Below are positions 40,050 to 49,205 of a stretch of DNA of 64,000 bases, in pieces. Every line of letters starts with the position of its first letter. Positions within the stretch are counted from its first letter, which is position 1. Origin of the DNA: Candidatus Woesearchaeota archaeon (GTDB lineage Archaea; Nanobdellota; Nanobdellia; Pacearchaeales; GW2011-AR1); assembly GCA_964358765.1 (NCBI GenBank), contig CAYHPN010000003.1, forward strand, positions 43,327 through 107,326. The letters run 5' to 3'. The translations under genes were made by a program, and so were the position numbers. The notes under the pieces were generated by a model, which was given only the letters and a program-made list of their open reading frames with translations, was not told where the DNA came from and ran no database searches.

Positions 40050-40207
40050 TCAGTATTGGTATTTCGTCTCAATAAATTTCACAAACTCTCCCGCCCCGCT
40101 TCCCAAAATTTCCTTCAACTTTTTACTCGTTTGCATTAAGCACTCCTCCCAAAATCCCAGACTTTTCCAAAAATTTATGACCTTTCTTCCCTTCCACGTT
40201 TGGATAA
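40050..40207 (-). pseudogene. Decayed duplicate of the ERCC4 gene 3' end
   Basis: ACAAACTCTCCCGCCCCGCTTCCCAAAATTTCCTTCAA resembles 41130-41167; reads ILGSGAGEFVKFIETKYQY*. Confidence 0.7.
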
Positions 40208-40230
40208 ACTTTTAAGATGAAATATGATAA

Positions 40231-41076
40231 TTACTTATTTATTTTTTTCCCTAACTCCTTGCTTTTTTCTAAATAATTATTCTTAGTAACAACGTTTCTG
40301 CCTAATTCCTCTTCTGCTTTTTTTCTTGCAACCCCAGCTACCCCTCCGCCCCTCTTTGCAACATCTTTTATTTTGACAAAAATTTCAGGTTTCTCTTTTT
40401 GAGATATTTCAGTAGTAACTCTTTCTCCAAGCATTGTAAAAATTAATTCTAAATCATCCATGTGATCCCTTAAATTTATCTTTGATTTTTTAGGTAAATT
40501 CTTATAATTTTTATATTCACTTGGAGTAAGTCCAAAAGTTGCTTTGGATATTTCAGAAGTGAGAATTGCAAAATCTTTTTGTTTTCTTACACCCCTTTCC
40601 TTCCATTCATCAGTTAAATTCTGCCTTATTGCTATACCTCTTAATCTCTTATCGATCCAATCTTTAGAATACCCTTTTTTCTCATAAAGTTCTTTCATTC
40701 TTTCCTGAGCAATTTCAGGATTTTCAATCTCATCAATTCTATCTTTTCCAACTTTTGCAAGCCATAATTTGAAAGGTTCTGCCTTTGAAGAGGGTATTGA
40801 CTGGATAATTCTAAAAATATCTTTTATATTTCCTGCAATGAATTTTCTTTTAATATTTTTATCGGTTAACATCTCTACCTGGGGACATTTTGTCCCTATG
40901 TAGTTCCCAAGTTCCAAATCTCTTTTACGTAATTTTTTAAGATAATCTGTTGGATTTGAACTTTCAGTTAATACTTCGATAATATCAATTAAAGAATAAT
41001 ACCAATCTTCTTTAAACCATGTTCTTCTAATATTTTTATTTTGAAAAACAATTAGTTTATCCTGATCTTCATCCAT
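40231..41076 (-). CDS. Bro-N / antirepressor-like domain protein
   Basis: IRRTW...WYYSLIDII, RIIQSIPS.KAEPFKLWLA, LTDEW..RG, NLRDHM. Confidence 0.85.
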   Translation of the reverse strand: MDEDQDKLIVFQNKNIRRTWFKEDWYYSLIDIIEVLTESSNPTDYLKKLRKRDLELGNYIGTKCPQVEMLTDKNIKRKFIAGNIKDIFRIIQSIPSSKAEPFKLWLAKVGKDRIDEIENPEIAQERMKELYEKKGYSKDWIDKRLRGIAIRQNLTDEWKERGVRKQKDFAILTSEISKATFGLTPSEYKNYKNLPKKSKINLRDHMDDLELIFTMLGERVTTEISQKEKPEIFVKIKDVAKRGGGVAGVARKKAEEELGRNVVTKNNYLEKSKELGKKINK

Positions 41077-41095
41077 GTTTATACTTAGTGGATTC

Positions 41096-41773
41096 TCAGT
41101 TAAAAGCTTTTTGTAATGAAGATAATCTAACAAACTCTCCCGCTCTGCTTCCCAATATCTCCTTCAATTCTTCCTCTGTCGCATTAATAATTCCTCTCAA
41201 ACTCCCAAATTTCTCAAGTAACTTTTTAGCCTTTGCAGGCCCAACATTTGGAAATCCTTCTAAAATAAACTGCAATCTCTCCTCTTCGCTTAAAAATATC
41301 TTGCCCGCCCTTAAAGAATTATCTACTTTTTCTTTTCTAGCCAAAATGAAAATATGCATAGCAGTGTCTTTTTCATTTAGTGTATAAATTACAGGCACAT
41401 TATAATCCAGTGCAACACTCAGGAAAAATCCCCGCAGTGCATTCTCATGCATCCCTCCTTTATATCTTTCTTCTTTATCCCCTTCTATCATCAAAATACC
41501 CCTATCAAATTGTTTAAGTTCAAGCAGTTGGGTAAATATTCTCTTATCAATGATTGAACTCTTCAAATCATTTATAGTTTTTCTTTCAATTACAGCTCCC
41601 TTGACCATATAATCTCCAACTAAAAGTTGCTTAAATTCAACATCCATTCCTAATTTAACAAGCTCCGATGCAACAAGTGAATTCTTCTCTCTAAAATCAA
41701 TTTCAACCTTTACTTTTTCCTTTATTTCAACTTCTTCTCTTTTCTTCTTAGAAAATATATTCAATATTTCCAT
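41096..41773 (-). CDS. ERCC4/XPF nuclease with HhH motifs (nuclease half of a split Hef)
   Basis: IDFRE, GDY, IERKT..D, FPNVGPAKAKKLL..FGSL. Confidence 0.9.
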   Translation of the reverse strand: MEILNIFSKKKREEVEIKEKVKVEIDFREKNSLVASELVKLGMDVEFKQLLVGDYMVKGAVIERKTINDLKSSIIDKRIFTQLLELKQFDRGILMIEGDKEERYKGGMHENALRGFFLSVALDYNVPVIYTLNEKDTAMHIFILARKEKVDNSLRAGKIFLSEEERLQFILEGFPNVGPAKAKKLLEKFGSLRGIINATEEELKEILGSRAGEFVRLSSLQKAFN

Positions 41774-41838
41774 AATATCTTAAAGTTATTTTAATATTTA
41801 AATTATTATTATTTTATCTTAAAAAGTAAATTCAAATA

Positions 41839-42393
41839 TTATTTCTTTCTTAAAATAAAAAATGCACCAATTAATCCAATAATAAATAATGTTGCCCCCA
41901 ATAAATTTGTAGTTTTAGCTGGTAAGCTACCAATCACATTCCCTGTAATTCCAGGAAAAGTAAAAAAAGTACTTCCTAAAAGAAGAAGGACAATAGAAGT
42001 TACAGCAGCAGCGTTTTCCAAAGGAGTTGATTTATTTTTTCCTCTAAGAATATAACCATGCCTATCTTCTTTCCTAAACTTTTTTCTTTCATTTCTATAT
42101 CTTGATTCTTTTGCTGCATGTTCTATAATATAATCTGGAGGTTGATGTGAACGTTTAAAACCGCTAGCTGCATAACCTTGCATGTGGAGATCTCGTGTAT
42201 GTTCTGCAGCACTTGCCCCATCAAGCAAATTTTCAATCCTTCTTCCCAAAGAATAAAATGTAGATTTTATTTCATATCCTATTGCAGCCAAAACACCCTC
42301 TTTTTCATAGACTTCTCCTAAAGTTTGCATATACTCTCTTGTTGCTTTGCGTTCAGACATCCCCTTAATTGGTTCATGCCTCTTTTTTGCCAT
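41839..42393 (-). CDS. Hypothetical protein with C-terminal TM-TGNVIG-TM anchor
   Basis: 184 aa; two C-terminal hydrophobic helices around ITGNVIG. Confidence 0.6.
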   Translation of the reverse strand: MAKKRHEPIKGMSERKATREYMQTLGEVYEKEGVLAAIGYEIKSTFYSLGRRIENLLDGASAAEHTRDLHMQGYAASGFKRSHQPPDYIIEHAAKESRYRNERKKFRKEDRHGYILRGKNKSTPLENAAAVTSIVLLLLGSTFFTFPGITGNVIGSLPAKTTNLLGATLFIIGLIGAFFILRKK

Positions 42394-42441
42394 ATCTAAA
42401 TTTAAGCTTTTACCTTTATAAATTTTTAGCCAAAAATTAAA

Positions 42442-44094
42442 TTACCTAAAATCATCTATCGTTCTAGTCTTCCTTATTTCTTTTAAGTCTTTCTTCACGT
42501 CCTCAATAGTCTTATGCATTTTATTTTCCCTTGCCTTGGATGCATAATGATGAGCTACATCCCGAGTATCCTTTGTAATCAGAATGATTAATTTTCCTGG
42601 AGCAAGTCTCGCAGTCCTCCCAGCTCTCTGAATACTTCTTATTGCAGAAGGAATCGGCTCATAAAATATTACTGCAGATACTTCAGGGATATCAAGTCCC
42701 TCTTCCCCAATCGAAGTGCAAACTAAAACATTTATCTTTCCCTCTCTAAAATCATCAACAATTGCTTTTTGTTCTTTTTGATTTAGTCCTGCAACTTTTC
42801 CTTCAGAGTTTAATTTCTTTGCTTGTCCGATAAAAATTGCAGACTTAATTTTATCAATTTTATTCATCCTTCGCGATATTTTCATTGCAGTCTCCCTAAA
42901 CTGTGTAAATATTATAACCTTAGAATCTTCTTTTTCCTTTATCTGCTGTTCGAGTATAACTGCAATTTCTTCAATTTTAGGATGTTCGACTTCATTCTTA
43001 ATCAAATCAGCAACAGAAATTAGTATTGCTCTAAATTCTTTCGAGTTTACCAAGGCTACAACTGCTTTTGATTTCTTCATTTCCGCTTGTTTCATTAAAT
43101 TAATTAAATATTCATTCAGTCCAGATATCGTTTGTGTTTCCAACAATTCCATAGCATGGGATATTTTAATAGCACTTGCAGTTAAAGACATCCCTCGCAG
43201 TGCATTAAAATCTCTCGAGTTCTGATATCTCATTGCTAAATTTCCTTGCAATTTTAATAAGGTAATCTTGTTAACAGGCCCAAATAATAATTTTTTTTCC
43301 TTTAGATCGTCCACATTTTTATCAAAAACCTTCTTAAGTAAATATTTTATTTCTTCAAATTCTTTTGGAAAAGGTACCATCACTTTATTAAAATCAAGCT
43401 CTTGCATATACCCTTTAACATCTTCAGACTCCCTAGTTCTTAGTTCAATTTCCTCTATATCCAAATGCTTGCAAATCTCTTTAACTTTATCAGTTTCATG
43501 TCCAGGAGAGGCAGTCAATCCCAAAATTCTCTGCATTTCAGACTGTCTCTTATAATAATCTACAACTTTAGTATAATCATAATTCTTAAGGCATCTATGC
43601 GCTTCATCTATTACAAGTAAAGAAACTTCTTTGAGATCATAAATTCCTTTTTCTAAATCATTTGCAATGCATTGCGGAGTAGAAAATATCATTTCAGCAG
43701 TCTGAAAAATCTCACTTCTTTTTCCTGCGTGTACTGATCCAGTAAACATCTCCATTTCCATAAATAATTCAGGCAATAATTTCTTAAAAGTTTCATAATG
43801 CTGTTCCACTAGAGGTCTAGTAGGTGCCAAAATTAATATCTTTGACAGGGGATATTTCTTCTTTCTTTCAATTGCAAGCATTAACGCAATAAGAGTTTTT
43901 CCTGTCCCTGTTGGCAAAACAACTAAAGTATTTTTATCTTTTGCAATTTCAAATATATTTTGCTGGTATTCTCTAGGTTTAATATCAATTTCAATATCTT
44001 TTAATTCTCTTTTCTCTTCTTTCTTTTTTGTGTATTCGCCCTCATTTAATGCAGTTTTATCAAATATATTATAAAAATTTCTCTTTTTTTCCAT
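42442..44094 (-). CDS. Hef/FANCM(Mph1)-like DEAH helicase
   Basis: PREYQ, LPTGTGKT, DEAH, LTASPG, EEGLDIP, QRAGRTAR. Confidence 0.92.
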   Translation of the reverse strand: MEKKRNFYNIFDKTALNEGEYTKKKEEKRELKDIEIDIKPREYQQNIFEIAKDKNTLVVLPTGTGKTLIALMLAIERKKKYPLSKILILAPTRPLVEQHYETFKKLLPELFMEMEMFTGSVHAGKRSEIFQTAEMIFSTPQCIANDLEKGIYDLKEVSLLVIDEAHRCLKNYDYTKVVDYYKRQSEMQRILGLTASPGHETDKVKEICKHLDIEEIELRTRESEDVKGYMQELDFNKVMVPFPKEFEEIKYLLKKVFDKNVDDLKEKKLLFGPVNKITLLKLQGNLAMRYQNSRDFNALRGMSLTASAIKISHAMELLETQTISGLNEYLINLMKQAEMKKSKAVVALVNSKEFRAILISVADLIKNEVEHPKIEEIAVILEQQIKEKEDSKVIIFTQFRETAMKISRRMNKIDKIKSAIFIGQAKKLNSEGKVAGLNQKEQKAIVDDFREGKINVLVCTSIGEEGLDIPEVSAVIFYEPIPSAIRSIQRAGRTARLAPGKLIILITKDTRDVAHHYASKARENKMHKTIEDVKKDLKEIRKTRTIDDFR

Positions 44095-44243
44095 TTAAAC
44101 TCATAAAAACTCTTATTTATAGAATTTTGTCTTTTTACAAATTAGTTCATTGGTTATTAATTATCTTAAAATTAGTATGCCTAGGTCACATTTCTTATAT
44201 TAATCATTTATTAATTAGTCCCTTGATTATTAATTATCTTAAT

Positions 44244-44350
44244 ATGTCAAGAAACCATTCATTAAATTATGATTTCTTATTTGGGTTTCTTGAGCATGTT
44301 CAAGAACTAAAATGAAAATGCAATTCACTTTAATACAAAGTTCTTGACAT
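44244..44350. repeat. Palindromic element family 2, copy 2
   Basis: ATGTCAAGAAACC...GGTTTCTTGA-GCATGT-TCAAGAACT...AGTTCTTGACAT. Confidence 0.7.
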
Positions 44351-44450
44351 TATCCGATCTATGTCTTCCGCCTTTCTTATATTTATTATATCTTCCTTTG
44401 GCTTTCTTATCATTCTTCGTTCTTCTCCTATCTGGCATTTCGTAATCCAT
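44325..44450 (-). CDS. Small basic protein (41 aa); 3' end runs into the family 2 element; not in ORF track
   Basis: MDYEMPDRRRTKNDKKAKGRYNKYKKGGRHRSDNVKNFVLK*; start 1 nt after the upstream stop. Confidence 0.55.
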   Translation of the reverse strand: MDYEMPDRRRTKNDKKAKGRYNKYKKGGRHRSDNVKNFVLK

Positions 44451-44451
44451 T

Positions 44452-44724
44452 TTATTTTCTCCTTTTACTCTTTTTAATTAATTTATCATTTATAATAGTC
44501 TTGTCCTTTTTTATATGTTTCCCAATATACGCCCCAAGGGAAGATAAAAAGAAAAATAATAACAAAGGTATCAAAGAATAATTATCATTTATATATGGTT
44601 TGTTTATTGCAACAATTATCAAAACAATCATGGAAACTGATCCAAGATATCCTCCAATAATGAGTCCTTTAAATGTATTAGGTAATGTCTTCCAAGTCCT
44701 TAGGTCTTCTCTTTTAAAGTTCAT
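44452..44724 (-). CDS. Small 2-TM membrane protein
   Basis: Start MNFKRE just after the upstream stop; two hydrophobic helices. Confidence 0.55.
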   Translation of the reverse strand: MNFKREDLRTWKTLPNTFKGLIIGGYLGSVSMIVLIIVAINKPYINDNYSLIPLLLFFFLSSLGAYIGKHIKKDKTIINDKLIKKSKRRK

Positions 44725-44728
44725 TTTA

Positions 44729-45043
44729 TTAACCGTTGCAATTATAATCTTCACAACTTAATTGACAATTGATTTCTAATCTTGAATCATTGCATTTTAT
44801 CTTCCCATTGTCAATATCATACTCCTTACAACAAAAAGTGAGTTTATCGTTATTATCACAAGCAATCCCGCAAGCATTCTTTATTGCAGAGGATGTCGAG
44901 GTATCCACAAATGGTTTCGTTCCTTCCTTAAAACTCTTAAAACCTCCCAATAAGGCATATGCAATTCCAACCAATACGAGTATTCCAATCACTATTAATA
45001 TCAATGTTGAAATCGCCATTTCCATCCCTTTAGAATTTTTCAT
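44729..45043 (-). CDS. Type IV pilin-like protein
   Basis: MKNSKG|MEMAISTLILIVIG class III signal; Cys-rich head. Confidence 0.8.
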   Translation of the reverse strand: MKNSKGMEMAISTLILIVIGILVLVGIAYALLGGFKSFKEGTKPFVDTSTSSAIKNACGIACDNNDKLTFCCKEYDIDNGKIKCNDSRLEINCQLSCEDYNCNG

Positions 45044-45044
45044 T

Positions 45045-45488
45045 TTAAGGTTCTTTAAACTCAAGAATATCCGTACAGCTGCGACTGTTCACAATTGTTT
45101 TCTCTTTGTCCTTATCATCAAATTTTTGACATCTTTCACTTTCTCTTACTTCTTTACTTTCTCCGCAATCTAATTTGGTCTCAACTCCAACTAAAACTCT
45201 ATCATCCTCACAATTGACGTACTCAGTTTTTCCATTAACCTTAATCTTCTTAAAATCAGTACAATAAGATATTTTGTCGCTTGAGGCAACTGCCGTATTA
45301 CATGCAGCTGCAACAGTAGAAAGCGAATTACCACCTTGAAATATATTAATCTTCTCCCATAAATTGCTCCAGCCCATTGAAAATCCTAAAATCAATAACA
45401 CCAAAACTATAATTCCTAAAACAATTAATATTAAAGTACCTATAGAAAGATCCTGTCCTCTCTTATTAACCCTCTTCTCCATCACCAT
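45045..45488 (-). CDS. Type IV pilin-like protein
   Basis: NKRG|QDLSIGTLILIVLG; Cys-rich head. Confidence 0.82.
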   Translation of the reverse strand: MVMEKRVNKRGQDLSIGTLILIVLGIIVLVLLILGFSMGWSNLWEKINIFQGGNSLSTVAAACNTAVASSDKISYCTDFKKIKVNGKTEYVNCEDDRVLVGVETKLDCGESKEVRESERCQKFDDKDKEKTIVNSRSCTDILEFKEP

Positions 45489-45504
45489 TCTAAATTTTTT
45501 ATAT

Positions 45505-45960
45505 TTATAAACCTTTACCTAATTTTATAATTATTTCAAAATTCCTCTTTATTTTATTATTTCCTCTTTCTGCTTCAACAAATAAATCTTTAATAATAAT
45601 TTCTTTAATTCCTTCATTTTCGATAATTTCAAACTCTCCATTTCTTAGTTTAGCATATATGTTTCCAGCACCCTCGTACCTATATGTTTTTTCCTTTTCA
45701 TTGGATATTCTAATTATCCTTTGTTTTAATTCTTCATTATTACAACTGCCGCATTCATTGTAAGCCTCATCAAATATCAATCTTGTCTGCTCTTGTAGAT
45801 ATTCTTCATTAAAAATTACTTCATTCATCATCTCAGATAAGTTTTTTGAATCTGTATATAACGCTGAATTAAATGTTACCATCCCCCATAATGATACAAT
45901 AATTAAGGTTATTGTTGTAACTAACAATATTCCTGTTGCTACGTCTCCTTTTTTATTCAT
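45505..45960 (-). CDS. Pilin-like protein
   Basis: MNKKG|DVATGILL then TM. Confidence 0.72.
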   Translation of the reverse strand: MNKKGDVATGILLVTTITLIIVSLWGMVTFNSALYTDSKNLSEMMNEVIFNEEYLQEQTRLIFDEAYNECGSCNNEELKQRIIRISNEKEKTYRYEGAGNIYAKLRNGEFEIIENEGIKEIIIKDLFVEAERGNNKIKRNFEIIIKLGKGL

Positions 45961-45962
45961 TA

Positions 45963-46547
45963 TTATAAACACGCTCCATAATAATATTGTATAAATACAT
46001 CTTGCAATTTATTATTTTTAACAATAATTTGGTTTAGATAACCGCCATTATGGTATTTCCCAGCAGATAACGGTCTACCCCCTAAACTCTCATCAATTAC
46101 TTCATCATAATTAAAATTCATAGATATATCATCTCTTGCTGATCCTCCAGTTCTTCCTGCCGGTTTCTCAGTATAACCTTTTGCTAAAATCAAGCAATGA
46201 CCTTTCTGAACTATTTTCATTAAAGATTTTGTTAGTGTTTCTCTATCAATTATTTCGTTTTCATACAAGACATAAGAATCTAACACAAACATCTCTTTTT
46301 CCTTTCCATCTATATTAATTTGGATTTTATTTAATAAAAGATCATTGCTTGCAGTAGAAATTGATTCTGGACTAACCATGGATGGTTTTTTTATTAATCC
46401 GCTTGCAGCAACAAACAAATACGCTCCTAAAATAAAAATGATAAATAGCAATACTGGTAAAAATACAATTCCTTTCCCCAGTTGTGCTTTTTTATGGATA
46501 ATTCTGTTGTTCAATATTAGTTTTTTAGAATTTTCCATATTTATCAT
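45963..46547 (-). CDS. Pilin-like protein
   Basis: HKKA|QLGKGIVFLPVLL. Confidence 0.7.
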   Translation of the reverse strand: MINMENSKKLILNNRIIHKKAQLGKGIVFLPVLLFIIFILGAYLFVAASGLIKKPSMVSPESISTASNDLLLNKIQINIDGKEKEMFVLDSYVLYENEIIDRETLTKSLMKIVQKGHCLILAKGYTEKPAGRTGGSARDDISMNFNYDEVIDESLGGRPLSAGKYHNGGYLNQIIVKNNKLQDVFIQYYYGACL

Positions 46548-47026
46548 GTGAGTTTCTCCCTGCTTAATTGATTGCTTCCAGTAGATATTATAAAGTTGTA
46601 TTCTCTTTCTTTTATTTTCATTTTTAAAGTAGAATCAACACACCTCATATATTTTGGATTTTTCTCTGACAAAGCACATTGCGCTTCATCTCCCTTTCCT
46701 AAATTTAGAATTTCATTTTTTTCATCCTTTATCTGTATAAACCATGAATTCCCAGTTGAATTAAAATTTATATTGCACTTAGAATAAAATTCTTCTTCTA
46801 AAACTTCTTTATTATTGTCCCAATTAACCTCTTGCGTTTTAATGCAATTTCTTGCATTCTTATTTAAAATTGCAGCATCTACTTCTCTAAATTCATAATT
46901 TTCAGAAAAAAATAAATAAGATCCTAAAATAATGCCCGCGGTTATAACAATAATAAGAAAAAAAAATGCAATTACCATGGTCATATTCCCTAGTTGTGCT
47001 CTTCTCGATTTAATATTTTTATTCAT
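46544..47026 (-). CDS. Pilin-like protein
   Basis: KSRRA|QLGNMTMVIAFFFL. Confidence 0.7.
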   Translation of the reverse strand: MNKNIKSRRAQLGNMTMVIAFFFLIIVITAGIILGSYLFFSENYEFREVDAAILNKNARNCIKTQEVNWDNNKEVLEEEFYSKCNINFNSTGNSWFIQIKDEKNEILNLGKGDEAQCALSEKNPKYMRCVDSTLKMKIKEREYNFIISTGSNQLSREKLT

Positions 47027-47450
47027 TTTCACTCCCGACCTCCATTTCCTTATCAATAACCTTAAACGACAATACATTTATCGGATCTGCAAGCCTTAAT
47101 TCATCATTTACAATTGACACATCATTAAAATAAGAATAGCATTTTTTTCTTCCTTTTGACAATTTAACGCACACTTCGTTATTTACATTATCAAATTGAA
47201 AAATTTCTGAATAACTCCCTAGTGTTTGTTTTTGCGCAATTTCTGTGGCTTTATGTACATCTAAAACAACTTCATCTCCAGGTTTTGCCATATTTATTAC
47301 TTTAGTTATTTCTTTAGAATAATAATCCTCATAAAAAGAAGTCGCAAATTTGAAATTTCCTAAGAAATACATTGTCATAGAAAAAAATATAACTGCTAAA
47401 ACTATGTAAATCGCATTATCTAAAATTATATTCGTCCCTTTCTTATTCAT
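47019..47450 (-). CDS. Pilin-like protein
   Basis: MNKKG|TNIILDNAIYIVL. Confidence 0.72.
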   Translation of the reverse strand: MNKKGTNIILDNAIYIVLAVIFFSMTMYFLGNFKFATSFYEDYYSKEITKVINMAKPGDEVVLDVHKATEIAQKQTLGSYSEIFQFDNVNNEVCVKLSKGRKKCYSYFNDVSIVNDELRLADPINVLSFKVIDKEMEVGSENE

Positions 47451-48070
47451 TTTCTTATTTCATCCATATGGTCTAAATATTCGTTAGTATAATGTGTAAT
47501 AACTAATATTTTTTTACTGCCTTCCATTTTCTTAGTTATTTCTAATTCCAATAATTTATTTTTTTCAAAAGCCAAATAATCTAAATTTTGTTTATTGTAA
47601 TAACCAGTCCAAGACTCAAAATCACTAGTAGGTCTAGCAAAAGCCATATCTTTTGTAGCATGAGTTACATTGATAATTATTTCATCAAAATCTAATTTTT
47701 TGAATACTCCTTTTTCTTTGCAACTAGCTTCTTTATTTTCTCCATTTCCTTTGCAAATAGCAAGGCATAGCTGCTCAAAACATGCATCAGGCCTATTAAA
47801 ATTAGAAAAATTAAAACTGGTTAGAAACCATCCCTCTCCATTTACCGAATTTATTGTTTTCTTTACTGGGTTATTATCTTCAACATCGTTAATTCTTTGT
47901 TCAATTACATCTCCAAATCTTTTTGCACTATTAATTTCTCTGTCTTGTAAAAAATTAGTGTATATTTTTACACATGCAGCAAATAAAATAACTAAAATTA
48001 GCACGGCAATAACTAATTCTGTAGAGTTTTCCATCAAATTGCCACCTTTATCTTTTTTTTCTATTTTCAT
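47447..48070 (-). CDS. Pilin-like protein
   Basis: KKDKGG|NLMENSTELVIAVLIL; Cys cluster. Confidence 0.68.
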   Translation of the reverse strand: MKIEKKDKGGNLMENSTELVIAVLILVILFAACVKIYTNFLQDREINSAKRFGDVIEQRINDVEDNNPVKKTINSVNGEGWFLTSFNFSNFNRPDACFEQLCLAICKGNGENKEASCKEKGVFKKLDFDEIIINVTHATKDMAFARPTSDFESWTGYYNKQNLDYLAFEKNKLLELEITKKMEGSKKILVITHYTNEYLDHMDEIRK

Positions 48071-48086
48071 TTTAAAATATCCGACC

Positions 48087-49133
48087 TTAAGGATCTCCTT
48101 CAATGTAACTGCAAACCTTATTTATTGATTCCACTTCGTAAGGCAAAATTTGTACTGTTGAACACCCCTCAACTTCACTAGTCTCTTCATTTTGAAAATC
48201 ACTGCAATGATTAACAGCAGCTACTTTTCCTTGATAAACATTTGACATTGCATTTACAGTTGCACCAGCACCTATTACTCCGATAAATGCTAGTCCAGTT
48301 GAGGAAGTTGCAACTTTACCTACAAATGGCACCTGTGAAGCTGTTACTACAGAGGAAATTCCTAGTCCAGCTAAATTATTTAGTACATCCATATAACCTT
48401 TATTTTTAATCTGAGTAAATACTACCGCGTATTCTGTTAAGTCGTCGTCATTAAATTCCGTTTTTTTATTATAAATTCCTAATTTCCCTCCTATATCATC
48501 AGGTGTTTTTGCATATCCATTTACAGATCTATCTTTTGCAAAATATTGTAAATATGTCTCGCTTTTCCCTTCTATTTGTTTCGTTCCCAGATATTCCTCT
48601 ACATTAACTTTATTTTCATTTTTTTCCCCTTCAATATATTTCAAAAGAGTTTCATTATTTTTTGATTTTATTTTTACTCTGGAACAAATCATGCAAGTAA
48701 CATCTTGTTTTTCCTGCCCATATGTCTTTGCTAGTCCTCCATTGAATAAATCCATTTTCCCTTCTCCCATCATATTCCAGCAATTATACATTTCATCAGC
48801 CAATGTCTTTTCAATAGTTCTCTTATCACTTCCAATATCTCCAGATAATTGAATGGTTTTCTTTACGTTTTCCTCTCCTCTAAAATCTTCACAATCCTTT
48901 CCATCTGAAATACAAATTTTCTTAGTAGTGCATTTCAATGGTACATAGGCTGAAGTAGCCTGCGGTGAAGTTGCTCTTGTTAAAACAGAAAAAGCACATA
49001 CATCTTCATTTGTTTCCCCTCCTAAATTCAAGCCATTTAAAATAAAATATAATACTACTACAAATCCTGCAATAACTAAAACTGTAGTTATAACAAAACT
49101 AGAAGTCAATTCTCCTCTTTTGCCTTTTTCCAT
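48087..49133 (-). CDS. Large pilin-like protein
   Basis: GKRG|ELTSSFVITTVLVI; EMYNCW.M.GEG and CMICS. Confidence 0.72.
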   Translation of the reverse strand: MEKGKRGELTSSFVITTVLVIAGFVVVLYFILNGLNLGGETNEDVCAFSVLTRATSPQATSAYVPLKCTTKKICISDGKDCEDFRGEENVKKTIQLSGDIGSDKRTIEKTLADEMYNCWNMMGEGKMDLFNGGLAKTYGQEKQDVTCMICSRVKIKSKNNETLLKYIEGEKNENKVNVEEYLGTKQIEGKSETYLQYFAKDRSVNGYAKTPDDIGGKLGIYNKKTEFNDDDLTEYAVVFTQIKNKGYMDVLNNLAGLGISSVVTASQVPFVGKVATSSTGLAFIGVIGAGATVNAMSNVYQGKVAAVNHCSDFQNEETSEVEGCSTVQILPYEVESINKVCSYIEGDP

Positions 49134-49205
49134 ATAAAACTATAGAATTTTAGATTTATAACATTTTGCACAAATTATTATAAATGAAATTTTTTCTCCT
49201 TATCA

